Positions 16,584 to 26,691 of a DNA stretch of 38,989 nt are shown piece by piece. The notes below the pieces were generated by a model, which was given only the letters and a program-made list of their open reading frames with translations, searched no databases and had not been told where the DNA came from. Origin of the DNA: a virus; the IMG/VR virus record IMGVR_UViG_3300048930_000687; one strand, given 5' to 3'. The position numbers and the translations under genes were made by a program. How positions within the stretch are numbered: the stretch's first letter is position 1; each line of letters opens with the position of its first letter.

Positions 16584-17099
16584 TCAGGTGGTGAAGATGA
16601 TGTCTGGGGTGCCCTGGACGATGTTGCCGATGTTGCCAGTCGGGCGGCCGCTGCCGGTACCGTTGAGGCCGTTCACGAACGTGATGGCGGCGTTGAATAC
16701 CAGGCCGGTCAGGTTACTGTTCCGGTTCATGGTGCGGGAGGCGCCTGCGTCGTCGACGCATGTCACGGCATAGGTGGTGCTTGCGGAGAGCGTCACGGGC
16801 GTGACGGCCCCGTCGGCCCAGACGTCCTTGGTGGCGCCGACGACTGTCGTTGCGAGTAGGGTGCCGTCGCTGACGCGCCACAGGTTGATTCGCTCGTCGG
16901 CGTTGGCGCTATCAAGGTTGACGCGCAGGCCAACCACGGTGATTGGGCTGGCGCCGACCGCGAACACCCACCCGACGTGATTGGCCAGGCCGAGGTTGGT
17001 GTTCGCCGCGAAGGTCGTGATGCCGAACTCGGGGGGAGTGGGTGGTGTGCCCGCCTTGCTGCTCAGCCCGTAGCGCGTGAGGAGGTTGAGGGCGCTCAT
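16584..17099 (-). CDS. Tail-associated protein (putative receptor-binding or fibre tip)
   Basis: Internal ATG of track ORF 16584-17162 overlapping upstream stop (ATGA); position at the distal end of the tail module. Confidence 0.45.
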   Translation of the reverse strand: MSALNLLTRYGLSSKAGTPPTPPEFGITTFAANTNLGLANHVGWVFAVGASPITVVGLRVNLDSANADERINLWRVSDGTLLATTVVGATKDVWADGAVTPVTLSASTTYAVTCVDDAGASRTMNRNSNLTGLVFNAAITFVNGLNGTGSGRPTGNIGNIVQGTPDIIFTT

Positions 17100-17965
17100 G
17101 CGAGTCCGCCGGAGAGCAGCCAGTTGTTGGTGGCGAGCTTGGTGAGGGTGGCCGTGATCCACTGTCCGGTGAGGTCCTCGTCACCCGGCGTAGTGCCGTT
17201 GATGGTCACGCCCGCATCCCCTGCGACCGTGACCAGGCCAGCATCCAATTGCGCGAGGGCAATCACGGTGCCGACCGGGAACGCCGCGCTGCTGTTGGCT
17301 GGCACTGTGAGCGTGATGGCGCTCCCGTTCGCCAGGGTGACGAGCTTGCCCGCGTCCCCTAGCACGAGCGTGTAGGTGGTGCCGGTCTGCGCGTTGATCG
17401 TGACAGGTGTGGCCGCCTCGAGCTTGGCATTGAGTGCCGACTGCAGGTCGGTCTGGTCTGAGAGCGTGCCCGTGATGCCGCCCCAGGCTCCTCCACCCGC
17501 CCCTGCGCCATTGACGGCCAGGACGAGCACCGCGCTCGTGGCACTGATGGCGATGAGGACGGGCTTCTCGACGGTTCCGGGGGTCGTATCGAGCGTGCCG
17601 TCGTCCTGCAAGTAGTAGAGATCACCGCCGGTCAACCCGGAGAGGGTGCTGACGACACCTGCGGTCTGGAACGCGAAGTCGTCACCGTCAACGAGGCTGA
17701 CGACGCCAACAGCCTCGGCGTGCGCGTCGGTATCGGCCGACGCCTGGACGTAGTCGCTCCCATCGAAGCGCACGACATCGCCCACGGACAGCCCGTGGCT
17801 GGCTTGGGTGACGCCGACGGTGATGCCAGCGCCGAGGAACGTCCTCAACTGCCCGAGTGTCGCCTGCCGGTCGCGCGTTCCGGCCGCCTCGCTCATGTCG
17901 GCCATCAGCACCGTATCGGCATCAGCCAGGCTGCTGGCCAGCGGCCTGTCAGTCCATCTGCCCAT
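17096..17965 (-). CDS. Tail fibre-like protein (Gly/Thr/Ala-rich)
   Basis: Internal ATG with GGAGGTG RBS and TGATG coupling; low-complexity Gly-rich beta-like sequence typical of fibres. Confidence 0.5.
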   Translation of the reverse strand: MGRWTDRPLASSLADADTVLMADMSEAAGTRDRQATLGQLRTFLGAGITVGVTQASHGLSVGDVVRFDGSDYVQASADTDAHAEAVGVVSLVDGDDFAFQTAGVVSTLSGLTGGDLYYLQDDGTLDTTPGTVEKPVLIAISATSAVLVLAVNGAGAGGGAWGGITGTLSDQTDLQSALNAKLEAATPVTINAQTGTTYTLVLGDAGKLVTLANGSAITLTVPANSSAAFPVGTVIALAQLDAGLVTVAGDAGVTINGTTPGDEDLTGQWITATLTKLATNNWLLSGGLA

Positions 17966-20286
17966 CAGGACACCTCCACCATCTCGCCCGAATCGAGCTG
18001 CATGAAATTGCCGCTGTCGAGCAGCAGCCAATCGGTTTCCGTGTCAATCACGACCTCTGTGACCGTCGCCGAAAAGGTCGACGACATGGCCCCTCCGAGT
18101 GGCTGGAAGGCGTCTGTGTAATCGCGGTTCTCCGCAACCGCAACCTCGCCGTTCGGTAGTTGGAGGAGCCGCCCGATGTGGTCGAACTTGACGGGGTAGC
18201 GCTCCCACTCGGACTGCTGCACGTCACGAACCGTGCGCGGGTTGATGTTCCACAAGACGTACGACTGGGCAACGTTCTGCGTCTGCTCTGGCGTGAGCTG
18301 GAAGACGTTGCTCTGAATCGACGCCTGCCGCTCGCCGTACGCCGCGCGAGACGTGACCAGCGCGTCCGTGCCACCGGGGCCGGGGAGAACCTGGTCTGCG
18401 CGACCGAACTCGCTAGTGACGGCCTCGTTGGTCCGCACCCACGCAGTGCCAGTCACGTCCACCTCGAAGAGGTAGGCGAAGTACGTCCTGCCGAAGAGGT
18501 TGTCCGCCCAACTGGGAATCGTGAGCGGCTCAACGTCGATCGCCACGCTCGACACGCGCGTGACGCGCCACGTGGCCGTGACGTTCTGGCTCCGACTGTT
18601 GTGCGTGATGCTGACCTGCTGCGATTGCCCCACAGAGAGGGTGAGGCTCGCTGAGTGCGTGCCCTCAACCCCGAACGACGAGGCCGTCGAACGGTTCCAC
18701 GACCCGAACGCCGTAAGCACCACGTCCACCGTGATCGTGTTCCCCCCGTCCACGAGGACCGTGAACGGGATGGTGCGACCCGACTGGAACTCCTCGGCCG
18801 TATCGTCCGGCAGCACCTCCTCGCTGTCGAGCACGCTGCGTTCAATGCCAAGGCCGCCGATGGAGACGACGAATGCGGGCGCCCTGAGCGCCTGATTCTC
18901 CGTGAACTCCCAACCCTGGCTCGTGACTCGACAGCGGTTGATGACGCCCCTAGGGTCGTCCTCACCGTCAGAGATGGCCAGGAGATCGTCCCACGTGAGG
19001 GTGAGAGTCACGTCCTCCGGCGCGTCCGGGCCAACACGCGGTACCAGCTCAATCGTGCCCAGGCTCGTCTGCCGCACGATGGTGCCTGGGAAGATGCTCA
19101 ACCACTCGTCGAGGATCTCGCGCAGGCTGCGCCTGGCGTCCTGCTCCTGGGGGATGACCACGGCGGCAGTCGTGAGGACGCCCGCGCTCGCATTGTCAAG
19201 GTAGAACTGGCGCTCGTTCCCAACAGCACCAGGCTCAACGAACCGCAGGTCTGGTATCGGCTCGAACTGGAGCCACGGGTAGGCGCTCGACCACGTGTCG
19301 ACCACGTGCTGGATGGCCCGCTGCGCCGTCACGAGGCCGCCTGACTCACCTGGGATGCTCGATGCGGGCAGCATCAACGCCTCCGGAATCGTGCTGGCCA
19401 TGCGCCCCAGGTTCGTCTCGCCATCGACCGTCACGAGCATCTCCTGGTTACGCGTCGGCAACGGGTGGTAGCGCAAGGCCACCAACTCTGGGGTGAGTGC
19501 CTCACTGAACGGCCGCAGCACCCCAGCCGGAACGCCCTCCCCGTAGTCGAACGCCTCACTGATGCCCAACTCCACCGCGATCGCCTGCGTCGCCGCGAAG
19601 ATAGACCCGGCGTCCTCGCGCACGTGCGAGCGAATGCGGTCGGCCACCCCAGCCAACCCGTCAGACACCATCAGCGACGAGATCAGATGCACGCCACTCG
19701 AACTCGTGCCGATGAGCATGTCCGGTTCGCTGCCGACCGTCACGCCCGGCTTGTAGGCCAGCAGTAACTCGCCGGAACTCACCACAGAGTCAACGGCGAC
19801 GCCACCGCTTACGACGGAGTAGCCCCGCACCGCTGGTTGCGAGAACACGAGCGTGACCATCGTGCCGTCCGCTGTAGGCACCACCGCCGCCGTGCCGTTC
19901 CTGACGTTGAACGATGGCGGTGCCGCGCCCTGCCAGACGGCGCCACCGACTGCGCTCGGCACCGGTTGCAAACCGTCGTACGCGGCCCACTCCGTAAGGA
20001 CGGCGTACGCAGTGCAGGCGCCACTCGGTGTCAAGCTCAGCGCCACCCCAGCGGCGCTCACGCGATGGAACCAATAGATCCGCGCCAGATTGCCACCTGC
20101 ACCATTGCCACTCGCCGTGTACCGGAGCGTCCACCCGGCCGGAGTCGGGAGAGTGCGGTTGTCGTTGTCCAGCGCGACCACCAGCAGCAACAACGTGCCC
20201 GATCTCGAGGGCGTCATGCTGACAACCAGCGGCGTTCCGACGTCCACCGCGCCAACCGCAGAAGCGTGAGACAAGAGAACTGCCAT
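17965..20286 (-). CDS. Large tail protein (tail tip / baseplate-like)
   Basis: 773 aa from internal ATG (TGATG coupling with upstream gene); located two genes after the tape measure gene. Confidence 0.6.
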   Translation of the reverse strand: MAVLLSHASAVGAVDVGTPLVVSMTPSRSGTLLLLVVALDNDNRTLPTPAGWTLRYTASGNGAGGNLARIYWFHRVSAAGVALSLTPSGACTAYAVLTEWAAYDGLQPVPSAVGGAVWQGAAPPSFNVRNGTAAVVPTADGTMVTLVFSQPAVRGYSVVSGGVAVDSVVSSGELLLAYKPGVTVGSEPDMLIGTSSSGVHLISSLMVSDGLAGVADRIRSHVREDAGSIFAATQAIAVELGISEAFDYGEGVPAGVLRPFSEALTPELVALRYHPLPTRNQEMLVTVDGETNLGRMASTIPEALMLPASSIPGESGGLVTAQRAIQHVVDTWSSAYPWLQFEPIPDLRFVEPGAVGNERQFYLDNASAGVLTTAAVVIPQEQDARRSLREILDEWLSIFPGTIVRQTSLGTIELVPRVGPDAPEDVTLTLTWDDLLAISDGEDDPRGVINRCRVTSQGWEFTENQALRAPAFVVSIGGLGIERSVLDSEEVLPDDTAEEFQSGRTIPFTVLVDGGNTITVDVVLTAFGSWNRSTASSFGVEGTHSASLTLSVGQSQQVSITHNSRSQNVTATWRVTRVSSVAIDVEPLTIPSWADNLFGRTYFAYLFEVDVTGTAWVRTNEAVTSEFGRADQVLPGPGGTDALVTSRAAYGERQASIQSNVFQLTPEQTQNVAQSYVLWNINPRTVRDVQQSEWERYPVKFDHIGRLLQLPNGEVAVAENRDYTDAFQPLGGAMSSTFSATVTEVVIDTETDWLLLDSGNFMQLDSGEMVEVS

Positions 20287-20750
20287 CAGCTCACCGCCGG
20301 ATCCGTGCTGGTCGTCACCGTGCCACCAGAACGCACATGCAGGCGATGACAACGTGCAAGGACCAGGTCGAGGCGTTGACCCATGGGGCCGTTCGAGGCC
20401 GTCCACACGAGGTTCGTGATGATTCCGACGACGGTCACAGTCTCCTTGTCGTTCGCCTGGCCGCGCTGCAGCACATCGAACACGGCCTGCACGAGTTGGC
20501 CCTGGCCGATAGCGGCGGCGACGATGTGGCCCCCCAACGTCATGAGTGGGCCGCCGTTGAGGACGGCCTTGGTCTCGATGGACGCGAGCTTTGCTTGGGC
20601 AGCTCGCGCGCCTGAGCCAACGATCGAGAGCGCGAACCGCGTGGCACTCTCGTCCGTCAACTGCTGCAAGGCTTGCGAGTCGGCCACGTTCACGGTGAAA
20701 CTCGTGAACGCCGGAGGCGAGACTGGACTGGAGAACGTCACGTCGGCCAT
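20286..20750 (-). CDS. Distal tail protein-like
   Basis: 154 aa directly following the tape measure gene. Confidence 0.45.
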   Translation of the reverse strand: MADVTFSSPVSPPAFTSFTVNVADSQALQQLTDESATRFALSIVGSGARAAQAKLASIETKAVLNGGPLMTLGGHIVAAAIGQGQLVQAVFDVLQRGQANDKETVTVVGIITNLVWTASNGPMGQRLDLVLARCHRLHVRSGGTVTTSTDPAVS

Positions 20751-20751
20751 G

Positions 20752-23616
20752 TCAAGCTCCAGCTCCCGTCAGTCCAAAATTGCGCTCGAGGCGATCCAGC
20801 CTCGGGCCGAGGTGACGCCTGTACAACGCCTCGAACAACGCGTTTGCCTGCCGGGCGAACGCCTGCTCATTCACCGGATCGGAAGGTGCGCCGTGGTACT
20901 GGTTGCTCTGGTTGACCGTGAAGTTCAGGTTTATGGCAGGCACGGATGCTCGAGCACGCTGTTGCTCGTCGCGACGGCGCTTCTCGGCGTCACGATTTCC
21001 ACCAGCGAGCCCACCGAACAACCCGCCTAAGATGGGCAGCAGGCCAGACAGCACCATGCCCCACGGGCCACCAACGAGCGCCCCGAGGATGTTCCCGCCA
21101 GCACCAAACAACCCACTAACGATGCTGCCAGCATCACCCGTTTGGATGCCCTTCACGAGCGTGTCCGTGAACCCAATACCGGCACTGATTACCGTGTCAC
21201 GGAACTTCTCCGCGGCTTCTTCCTGCGCCTTCTGGAACTTCGACCACTCATCTTGAGACATGCCGCCGATGGTTGCCGTTGGCGTAATGCCCAACCCGAC
21301 CGCGGCGGCAACATTCGCGGACGGCTCGATGCTCAACGCCACCGGCACACCCTCACGCTGCAAGCGGTCAAGCTCGGCTTGCAACTCGTCCCGGAGGGCA
21401 CGCGCCACGGCACGCCCCAGCTCGGTACCTGCCGTGTCCAACGTCCGCTGCGCCGCCTGAAGTTCTGCACGCACTTGAGCGATGCTTCGCAGCCCCTCAT
21501 CGGCTACCTGCGCCGCGGGAGTGATGCTCAACCCAACAGGCGCGGCGACAGTCGCAATCGGTTCTGGCGTGGGGATCGTGACCTTCTCCGGCAGCACCGC
21601 GAACGCGTCCGCCGACAACTTCACGCCGTCACGCAACCGCGACAGTTCCTCTTGCAGTCGCGTCACCTCGGCGGAGGCGTCCAAGAAGGCTTCGCTGGTC
21701 ACGTCCGCAGCATCCTTGCGGCGTTGCGCGTCCTCGAGTTCGCGTTGCACGGTGTTGATGCTCCGAAGCGTCCCGGCGTTCACGACCGCCGTCGGGTTGA
21801 TACTCAATGCCTGAGGTGTGGCGACCTGCGCCATGGGACTGATGTTCAGCGAGGTGGTGGACGCGTCCCTTACGCGCTCCATGAGCGACTCGATGGCCTC
21901 CAGCTTCGCCACCGTGTCCTGGTACTGCTCACTGTCAATGCCGAACTCGGACAGCGCCGCCGTGGCCTGCTCGCGGAGTTCTTCGACGCGGGGTTGCAGG
22001 AGCGCGAATACCTCACCGGCGTCCTTGATCCCGAACCGCAACTCGGCTGTGAGCCTTGCCGCCCAGCGCTTCGCGTCGGCGGCTGGATCGGGAATCTCGA
22101 TGCCCTTCATACTCACCGCGAGGTTGTTCGCCGCGGTGGTCGCTGCATTGAGGTCCTTGATGAAGTTCGGAACGTCCGAGGTTGGGCCGGGAATCGGCAT
22201 CGTACTGACCTTCTCAATGCTGCCGTCGACGGCCTTCAACTGCGTTTGTAGCGTCCGCAGTTGCGATTCGGCCTGATCTAACGTCTTGATGTCCACGTTG
22301 GCGGCACCGAAGCTGAACAACTGCCCGAAGAAACCCTTGTTGGCGAACGCGATCACGTCCGCTTCAACGCTCTTGATGAACGCCTGTTGGTTCTGAATCG
22401 TGACTTCGAGGACACGCTTCTGGCGGTTGAGGGCTTCGAGCGCGGCGGTGCGCTCGGCTTCGCTCGTGATGACCAGCGAGTTGCGGTAAGACTCCATGCT
22501 GCCTACGAGGTTGTCGAAAGACTCCTGAGAGGCTTGCCGCGAGCCCGCACCGGCGTCCATCGCACGACTAAGCCCCGCGTAAGCTACGGCGGCGGCTGTC
22601 AAGACCACGCCGATGATCCCGAACGCCGAGTTCAACCCCAGCACGGCGGTCTTCAACAGGGTGAAGCCTTCAACCAGTTTCGGTAGGAGCGTCAGGAGCG
22701 TGCCGAATCCCACAAGGATAGGCCCGGTCGCGGCCAGGGCGATGCCTACGCCGACCAGGATGTTCTGCGTGCCCTCATCGAGGTTGATGAACCACTCCGT
22801 AGCCTTCTGGGTGGCACTCACGAGCTTGTCGAAGATCGGCAGGAGGCGCTGCCCGACGATGTCGGCAACCTGGCTGAAGCTGTCCTTGAGGCGGTTGACG
22901 CGACCCGCGACCGTGTCGGACTGTGCGGCCATCACGCCGTAGAACTTGCCGCCTTCGCTCGTCATGTTCCGGAACGCCTGCTCTACGGCGGGGAACCCGA
23001 CCTTACCGGCCGACACGAGTTCTTGCACTTCGCCCTCGGTCTTGCCGAGAACGCGGCCGAGTTCCGTGTAGATCGGGATGCCACGCGAGGCGAGACGCTG
23101 AAGGTCGAGCGTCGCCACGCGCCCCGTCAACTGCATGCGGCCGTATGCCTCGGTCAAGTCCTCGATCGGCGTCTGCACACCAGCGGCGACATCGCCAAGC
23201 ATGCTGAGGGTCGGCACGAGGTCTTCCGCTTCCGTGCCGAACGCGGCAAGGATGCGCGTACCCTCAGTGAGCGATTCCCACGAGAATGGCGCGTTAGCAC
23301 TGAACTCGTACAGCTCATCAAAGGCGGCTTGGGCGCGGGTCGTGTCGCCGATCAGGACGTTCAAGCTGGCGCTGAACGTCTCTAGTTGCATCGCGCTGCG
23401 TATGCCAGCGACACCGATGGCTGTCAGGGGCGCAGTCAGGGCCACAGTGAGGCGCGTACCGACGCTCTGCAGGTTCTTGCCGATGCCACCGAGCTTGTCG
23501 GCCATGTTGGCAACGGCGGTGGTTGTCGCCTGTTCGGCTTGAGCGAGGCCGGTCTTGAGTTGTGCCTGGTCGAGCTTGACGTGTAGGACTGCTGCGCCGA
23601 GACTGGCGTCTGCCAT
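20752..23616 (-). CDS. Tail tape measure protein
   Basis: 954 aa, Ala/Gly-rich, helical with internal degenerate repeats; preceded by the chaperone G/GT pair; GGAGGTG RBS. Confidence 0.85.
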   Translation of the reverse strand: MADASLGAAVLHVKLDQAQLKTGLAQAEQATTTAVANMADKLGGIGKNLQSVGTRLTVALTAPLTAIGVAGIRSAMQLETFSASLNVLIGDTTRAQAAFDELYEFSANAPFSWESLTEGTRILAAFGTEAEDLVPTLSMLGDVAAGVQTPIEDLTEAYGRMQLTGRVATLDLQRLASRGIPIYTELGRVLGKTEGEVQELVSAGKVGFPAVEQAFRNMTSEGGKFYGVMAAQSDTVAGRVNRLKDSFSQVADIVGQRLLPIFDKLVSATQKATEWFINLDEGTQNILVGVGIALAATGPILVGFGTLLTLLPKLVEGFTLLKTAVLGLNSAFGIIGVVLTAAAVAYAGLSRAMDAGAGSRQASQESFDNLVGSMESYRNSLVITSEAERTAALEALNRQKRVLEVTIQNQQAFIKSVEADVIAFANKGFFGQLFSFGAANVDIKTLDQAESQLRTLQTQLKAVDGSIEKVSTMPIPGPTSDVPNFIKDLNAATTAANNLAVSMKGIEIPDPAADAKRWAARLTAELRFGIKDAGEVFALLQPRVEELREQATAALSEFGIDSEQYQDTVAKLEAIESLMERVRDASTTSLNISPMAQVATPQALSINPTAVVNAGTLRSINTVQRELEDAQRRKDAADVTSEAFLDASAEVTRLQEELSRLRDGVKLSADAFAVLPEKVTIPTPEPIATVAAPVGLSITPAAQVADEGLRSIAQVRAELQAAQRTLDTAGTELGRAVARALRDELQAELDRLQREGVPVALSIEPSANVAAAVGLGITPTATIGGMSQDEWSKFQKAQEEAAEKFRDTVISAGIGFTDTLVKGIQTGDAGSIVSGLFGAGGNILGALVGGPWGMVLSGLLPILGGLFGGLAGGNRDAEKRRRDEQQRARASVPAINLNFTVNQSNQYHGAPSDPVNEQAFARQANALFEALYRRHLGPRLDRLERNFGLTGAGA

Positions 23617-23648
23617 GACAGCACCTCCTTCCTGCTAGGCTCTGGGCC

Positions 23649-23855
23649 ATGAACAAGCCAGTGCCAAGCGCACTACCGGGTGTTCTGTTGTTCGTCGGGT
23701 GGGTCGTGATTCTCGCCGGGTTCGCGGGCGGCGTGTGGCTCGCCTGGGAGAACCCGACCGGGAGCCTGCTCGTGCCGGTGATGGTGTTCTTCAACGGCGT
23801 GAGCCTGGGGATTATTCACCTGGGGCTTGCAGCACTGCTGTCGCGGCCTCGATAG
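23649..23855 (+). CDS. Small two-helix membrane protein on the opposite strand
   Basis: 68 aa with two hydrophobic segments; lies in the 195-bp gap between the GT chaperone and tape measure genes; no clear RBS. Confidence 0.3.
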   Translation: MNKPVPSALPGVLLFVGWVVILAGFAGGVWLAWENPTGSLLVPVMVFFNGVSLGIIHLGLAALLSRPR

Positions 23856-24297
23856 GCGCGAGTGCCCTAGCCCAGCGCGGCAGGCGGTCGTACAGCGCCA
23901 CAAGCGTTTGGGCGGCTTGCTGTGACATGTTGATCTCAACAGGCGGTTGGAACCACGCGTAGTAAGGCAGGCATTCTTCGGCGCTCCATGCCTTGCGGCG
24001 CCGCGGTGGTTCCTTCGGCTCGTCCGTTGGGCTGGGGTCGAGGTAGCGCGGGAAGAACATCTCCCTGAAGTCTGCGAGGAGCTGCGCGAGCGGGTAGTGC
24101 CGGCGTGCTTCGACTAGAGGCAGGTGCTCCATGAAGTACTCGATCTGGTCGAGCGTGAGGTTGGCGAGGGTGGTGGGTGTCCAGCCGTAGGCGCTGGCGA
24201 GGAGGGCGAGTTCTGGCCCGATGGTTACCGGGCCTTCGCTTCCCCCTCTGTGTCCTCCTCTTTCGCGACCTCGAACGCCTTGGCAAGCTCCAGGGCG
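23812..24297 (-). CDS. Tail assembly chaperone -1 frameshift extension (T portion of G/GT)
   Basis: By my translation the -1 frame is open from about 24297 to 23812 and overlaps the last 72 nt of the chaperone ORF; CCCCC/GGGGG run at 24242-24246. Confidence 0.45.
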   Translation of the reverse strand, partial: RPGACQGVRGRERGGHRGGSEGPVTIGPELALLASAYGWTPTTLANLTLDQIEYFMEHLPLVEARRHYPLAQLLADFREMFFPRYLDPSPTDEPKEPPRRRKAWSAEECLPYYAWFQPPVEINMSQQAAQTLVALYDRLPRWARALAPIEAATAVLQAPGE

Positions 24298-24569
24298 TTA
24301 GACAACTGTCCAACCCAGTCAGGTGTCACGGTCTTGCCGTCCGCAGCTCGCGGTTCAAGGAGACGCGCCCAAACCGAAGTGAGTTCGGCTTGGGCTGCTG
24401 CGCCCTCCTCAAGCGTGCCGCTGATCATGCGATCTTGAAGGAGCCGCAGGCGATTGACGAGGTAAGTCTCATTCAGGACGGGTTGTCGGGCGTGGAACTG
24501 GCGGCCGTTGATCGTGACTAGCCGAGACGTGTTGAGCACCTGTGCGGGCGTCTTGCGCTTGCTGCTCAT
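24225..24569 (-). CDS. Tail assembly chaperone (G-like)
   Basis: 114 aa from ATG at MSSKRK; position between major tail and tape measure genes; acidic C-terminus. Confidence 0.55.
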   Translation of the reverse strand: MSSKRKTPAQVLNTSRLVTINGRQFHARQPVLNETYLVNRLRLLQDRMISGTLEEGAAAQAELTSVWARLLEPRAADGKTVTPDWVGQLSNALELAKAFEVAKEEDTEGEAKAR

Positions 24570-24824
24570 GTGACCTCCAGGGTCTGGTCTGGCACGGCTT
24601 GGCCCTCCTGGGAACACAAGCCGGTTGGGATGCTGACGGTGATGCCGTTAGTGAGTTGATAGGCGCCCGGCACGAGGCCGGGGTGGGTGAACACCCAATC
24701 GCAAGATACGGTTTGCTCGTGCTGCACGGGATTCGCGAGTACCAGCACGGGTTCGCGGGGTTGTTTGAGGAGGCCACCCTCGGCCTGCAACTGACCGAGG
24801 GTAGTCTCCACACTCACCCACAAC

Positions 24825-25553
24825 TCAGGGGGTAGTGATGGTGTACGCGTCATTCACGAACCGCACGCTGTAGTTCAACTGCACGAGGTTATCCGCAGGC
24901 GTCGGGTGGCCAACGCCGAACATGCGCACCAGACCCTCGTACGTGACGGCGGGCTCCCCCTCGAAGTCCGGCAGGACGTACTTCGCCCACCAGTTGGCGT
25001 TCGGGGTCTTCGCGTTCTTCACGATGTCCTTGTAGAGCGGGCTGTCAGTGAAGAACAGGCCCTGCCGCGTGACAGTCGGCTGCACGCTGGTCACCTCAGG
25101 CACGGCCACGCGTACGCCCGTCGCACTCCCGTGGGTGACGGCGGTGAGTTCGTTCGTCTGCTCGTTCACATTGAAGTCCAGCGCGTTCGAGGCGATGTCC
25201 GTGAGCAGCCCGTCCCACACGGCCTTATCCGTGCTCACGAGGGCGGCGTCGATGCCTTCACCGCTGGCGCCTTCGAACGCTTCCACGGCGAGGCTCGTGT
25301 CCGACGCGTCCGCGTCAGCGGTCACGACGACCTTGGTGATGGTCGCGCCGCCACCGGTGGCGGTGAACGCCAACACGGTGTTCTTCGGGATGCCTGCGGA
25401 CAATGCGGACACGGGGATGCTGGTAGCGCCCTGCGAGGCACCGGCGGCGCTCACGGTAGCCGTCACCGTGGCCGGTGCGGTGGTGCCGGTGCCGAGGCGC
25501 TTGAGGTACATGAGTGCGGGTCGCCCCCGCACCATGTTGAAGATCAGTGGCAT
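24825..25553 (-). CDS. Major tail protein
   Basis: 242 aa; Thr/Ala/Val-rich; position upstream of chaperone and tape measure genes. Confidence 0.6.
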   Translation of the reverse strand: MPLIFNMVRGRPALMYLKRLGTGTTAPATVTATVSAAGASQGATSIPVSALSAGIPKNTVLAFTATGGGATITKVVVTADADASDTSLAVEAFEGASGEGIDAALVSTDKAVWDGLLTDIASNALDFNVNEQTNELTAVTHGSATGVRVAVPEVTSVQPTVTRQGLFFTDSPLYKDIVKNAKTPNANWWAKYVLPDFEGEPAVTYEGLVRMFGVGHPTPADNLVQLNYSVRFVNDAYTITTP

Positions 25554-25554
25554 G

Positions 25555-25929
25555 TCATTTACTCCTTACGCGCAGCGTGTACTGCGCCGGAATGTCCAGG
25601 CTTTCGTTGGCCGGGATGAACGCCGGGTTGCTCGTGAGGTACGCCTGCGAGAGCCGCGTAACGGCCGTCACCGTCGCAGTGATGGCGCCTGGACCGTGAG
25701 CGACTAGGCGCACGGGAACTTCAGTCACGATCGCCGTGTGCGTGTGCAGGGGCTCGTTCGCGAACTCGGGGGCGGGCTCGATGCGAACCTCCAACCCCGC
25801 GGCACGCCAGGAGGCCTTCGGTTCGCCCACGGTGATGGCTGGCCCCCTACTGGTGCTGCCCTCCGTGTAAGTGCCGAGCACGTCGGCTAGGAGGGCAGCG
25901 AGGGCCGTGCGTAGGGCGGCGGGCGTCAC
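25555..25929 (-). CDS. Tail-terminator / head-tail joining family protein
   Basis: GTG start with GTGA coupling to upstream gene; position in head-tail connector gene block. Confidence 0.45.
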   Translation of the reverse strand: MTPAALRTALAALLADVLGTYTEGSTSRGPAITVGEPKASWRAAGLEVRIEPAPEFANEPLHTHTAIVTEVPVRLVAHGPGAITATVTAVTRLSQAYLTSNPAFIPANESLDIPAQYTLRVRSK

Positions 25930-26318
25930 GGCGGGTCCTTCACGCGCGCTAGGCTCGACTGAGCGAGCTTGCCGAACGCGGCTGCGAAGTCGAAGTCGCG
26001 GAGCGTCACGCGCACCCACGGGCGGCCCGGCATGCTGTGACCGCTCTTGAAGACCGCGCCTTCATGCACGGCCATCGCGTACTCGGTGTTCCACGAGTGC
26101 TCGTGCTCGGTGCGGCTCAGGGCTTGAGGGGTGTAACTGTCACGCAATTGACCCTTGTCGATGATGTCGCGCGGACTTGGGTCGGTTGGCCACGGCCACA
26201 TGTTGCTCGTGATGCGCTGTTGGAACTGCCGGCCAAGGATCATGTTCGCGTCCTTGAAGGCGCCCTCGGCCGCACTCAAGAGCTGCACGGTGTTGAAGTG
26301 CACCTCATAGTCAGGCAC
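25926..26318 (-). CDS. Head-tail joining protein (HK97 gp10-like by position)
   Basis: 130 aa ORF in connector block. Confidence 0.5.
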   Translation of the reverse strand: MPDYEVHFNTVQLLSAAEGAFKDANMILGRQFQQRITSNMWPWPTDPSPRDIIDKGQLRDSYTPQALSRTEHEHSWNTEYAMAVHEGAVFKSGHSMPGRPWVRVTLRDFDFAAAFGKLAQSSLARVKDPP

Positions 26319-26691
26319 TTGGGATCATCTCCCCCGTGAACGCCGTGCCGAACGCCACGCCGATGATGTCGTTCGGCGTGAGGCCCGTGAGGGTCAACCG
26401 CATACTGCGGCCCTCCCACGTGAGGGTGAGAACCGACCCGATGCTGACGTTCGCCGGGAACGTCAGGGGCTCAACCAGCTCACCCCGCACCATCACCAGC
26501 GACTGGTCGGCACCCTCTAACCGCCGCAACTGCGCGGCCCTATCAGGCGCCACAATCGCCTTCACCGTGCCTGTGACTGGTGCCCACGTTGGGTTACCCC
26601 ACTCGTCGGGCGCACCGGGAGTGCTGCCCGGCGCCGAGTACGTCAACGTCGTGTGCTTGAACGGCGCATCAGCAACAACCGAGCGCGCCAT
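26311..26691 (-). CDS. Head closure / head-tail adaptor protein
   Basis: 126 aa ORF in connector block, overlapping neighbours. Confidence 0.5.
   Translation of the reverse strand: MARSVVADAPFKHTTLTYSAPGSTPGAPDEWGNPTWAPVTGTVKAIVAPDRAAQLRRLEGADQSLVMVRGELVEPLTFPANVSIGSVLTLTWEGRSMRLTLTGLTPNDIIGVAFGTAFTGEMIPSA

Noticed and set aside
21142-22251. 369-aa plus-strand ORF antisense to the tape measure gene
   Set aside because: Arg/Gly/Leu-rich antisense frame of a long helical gene; no RBS or functional motifs
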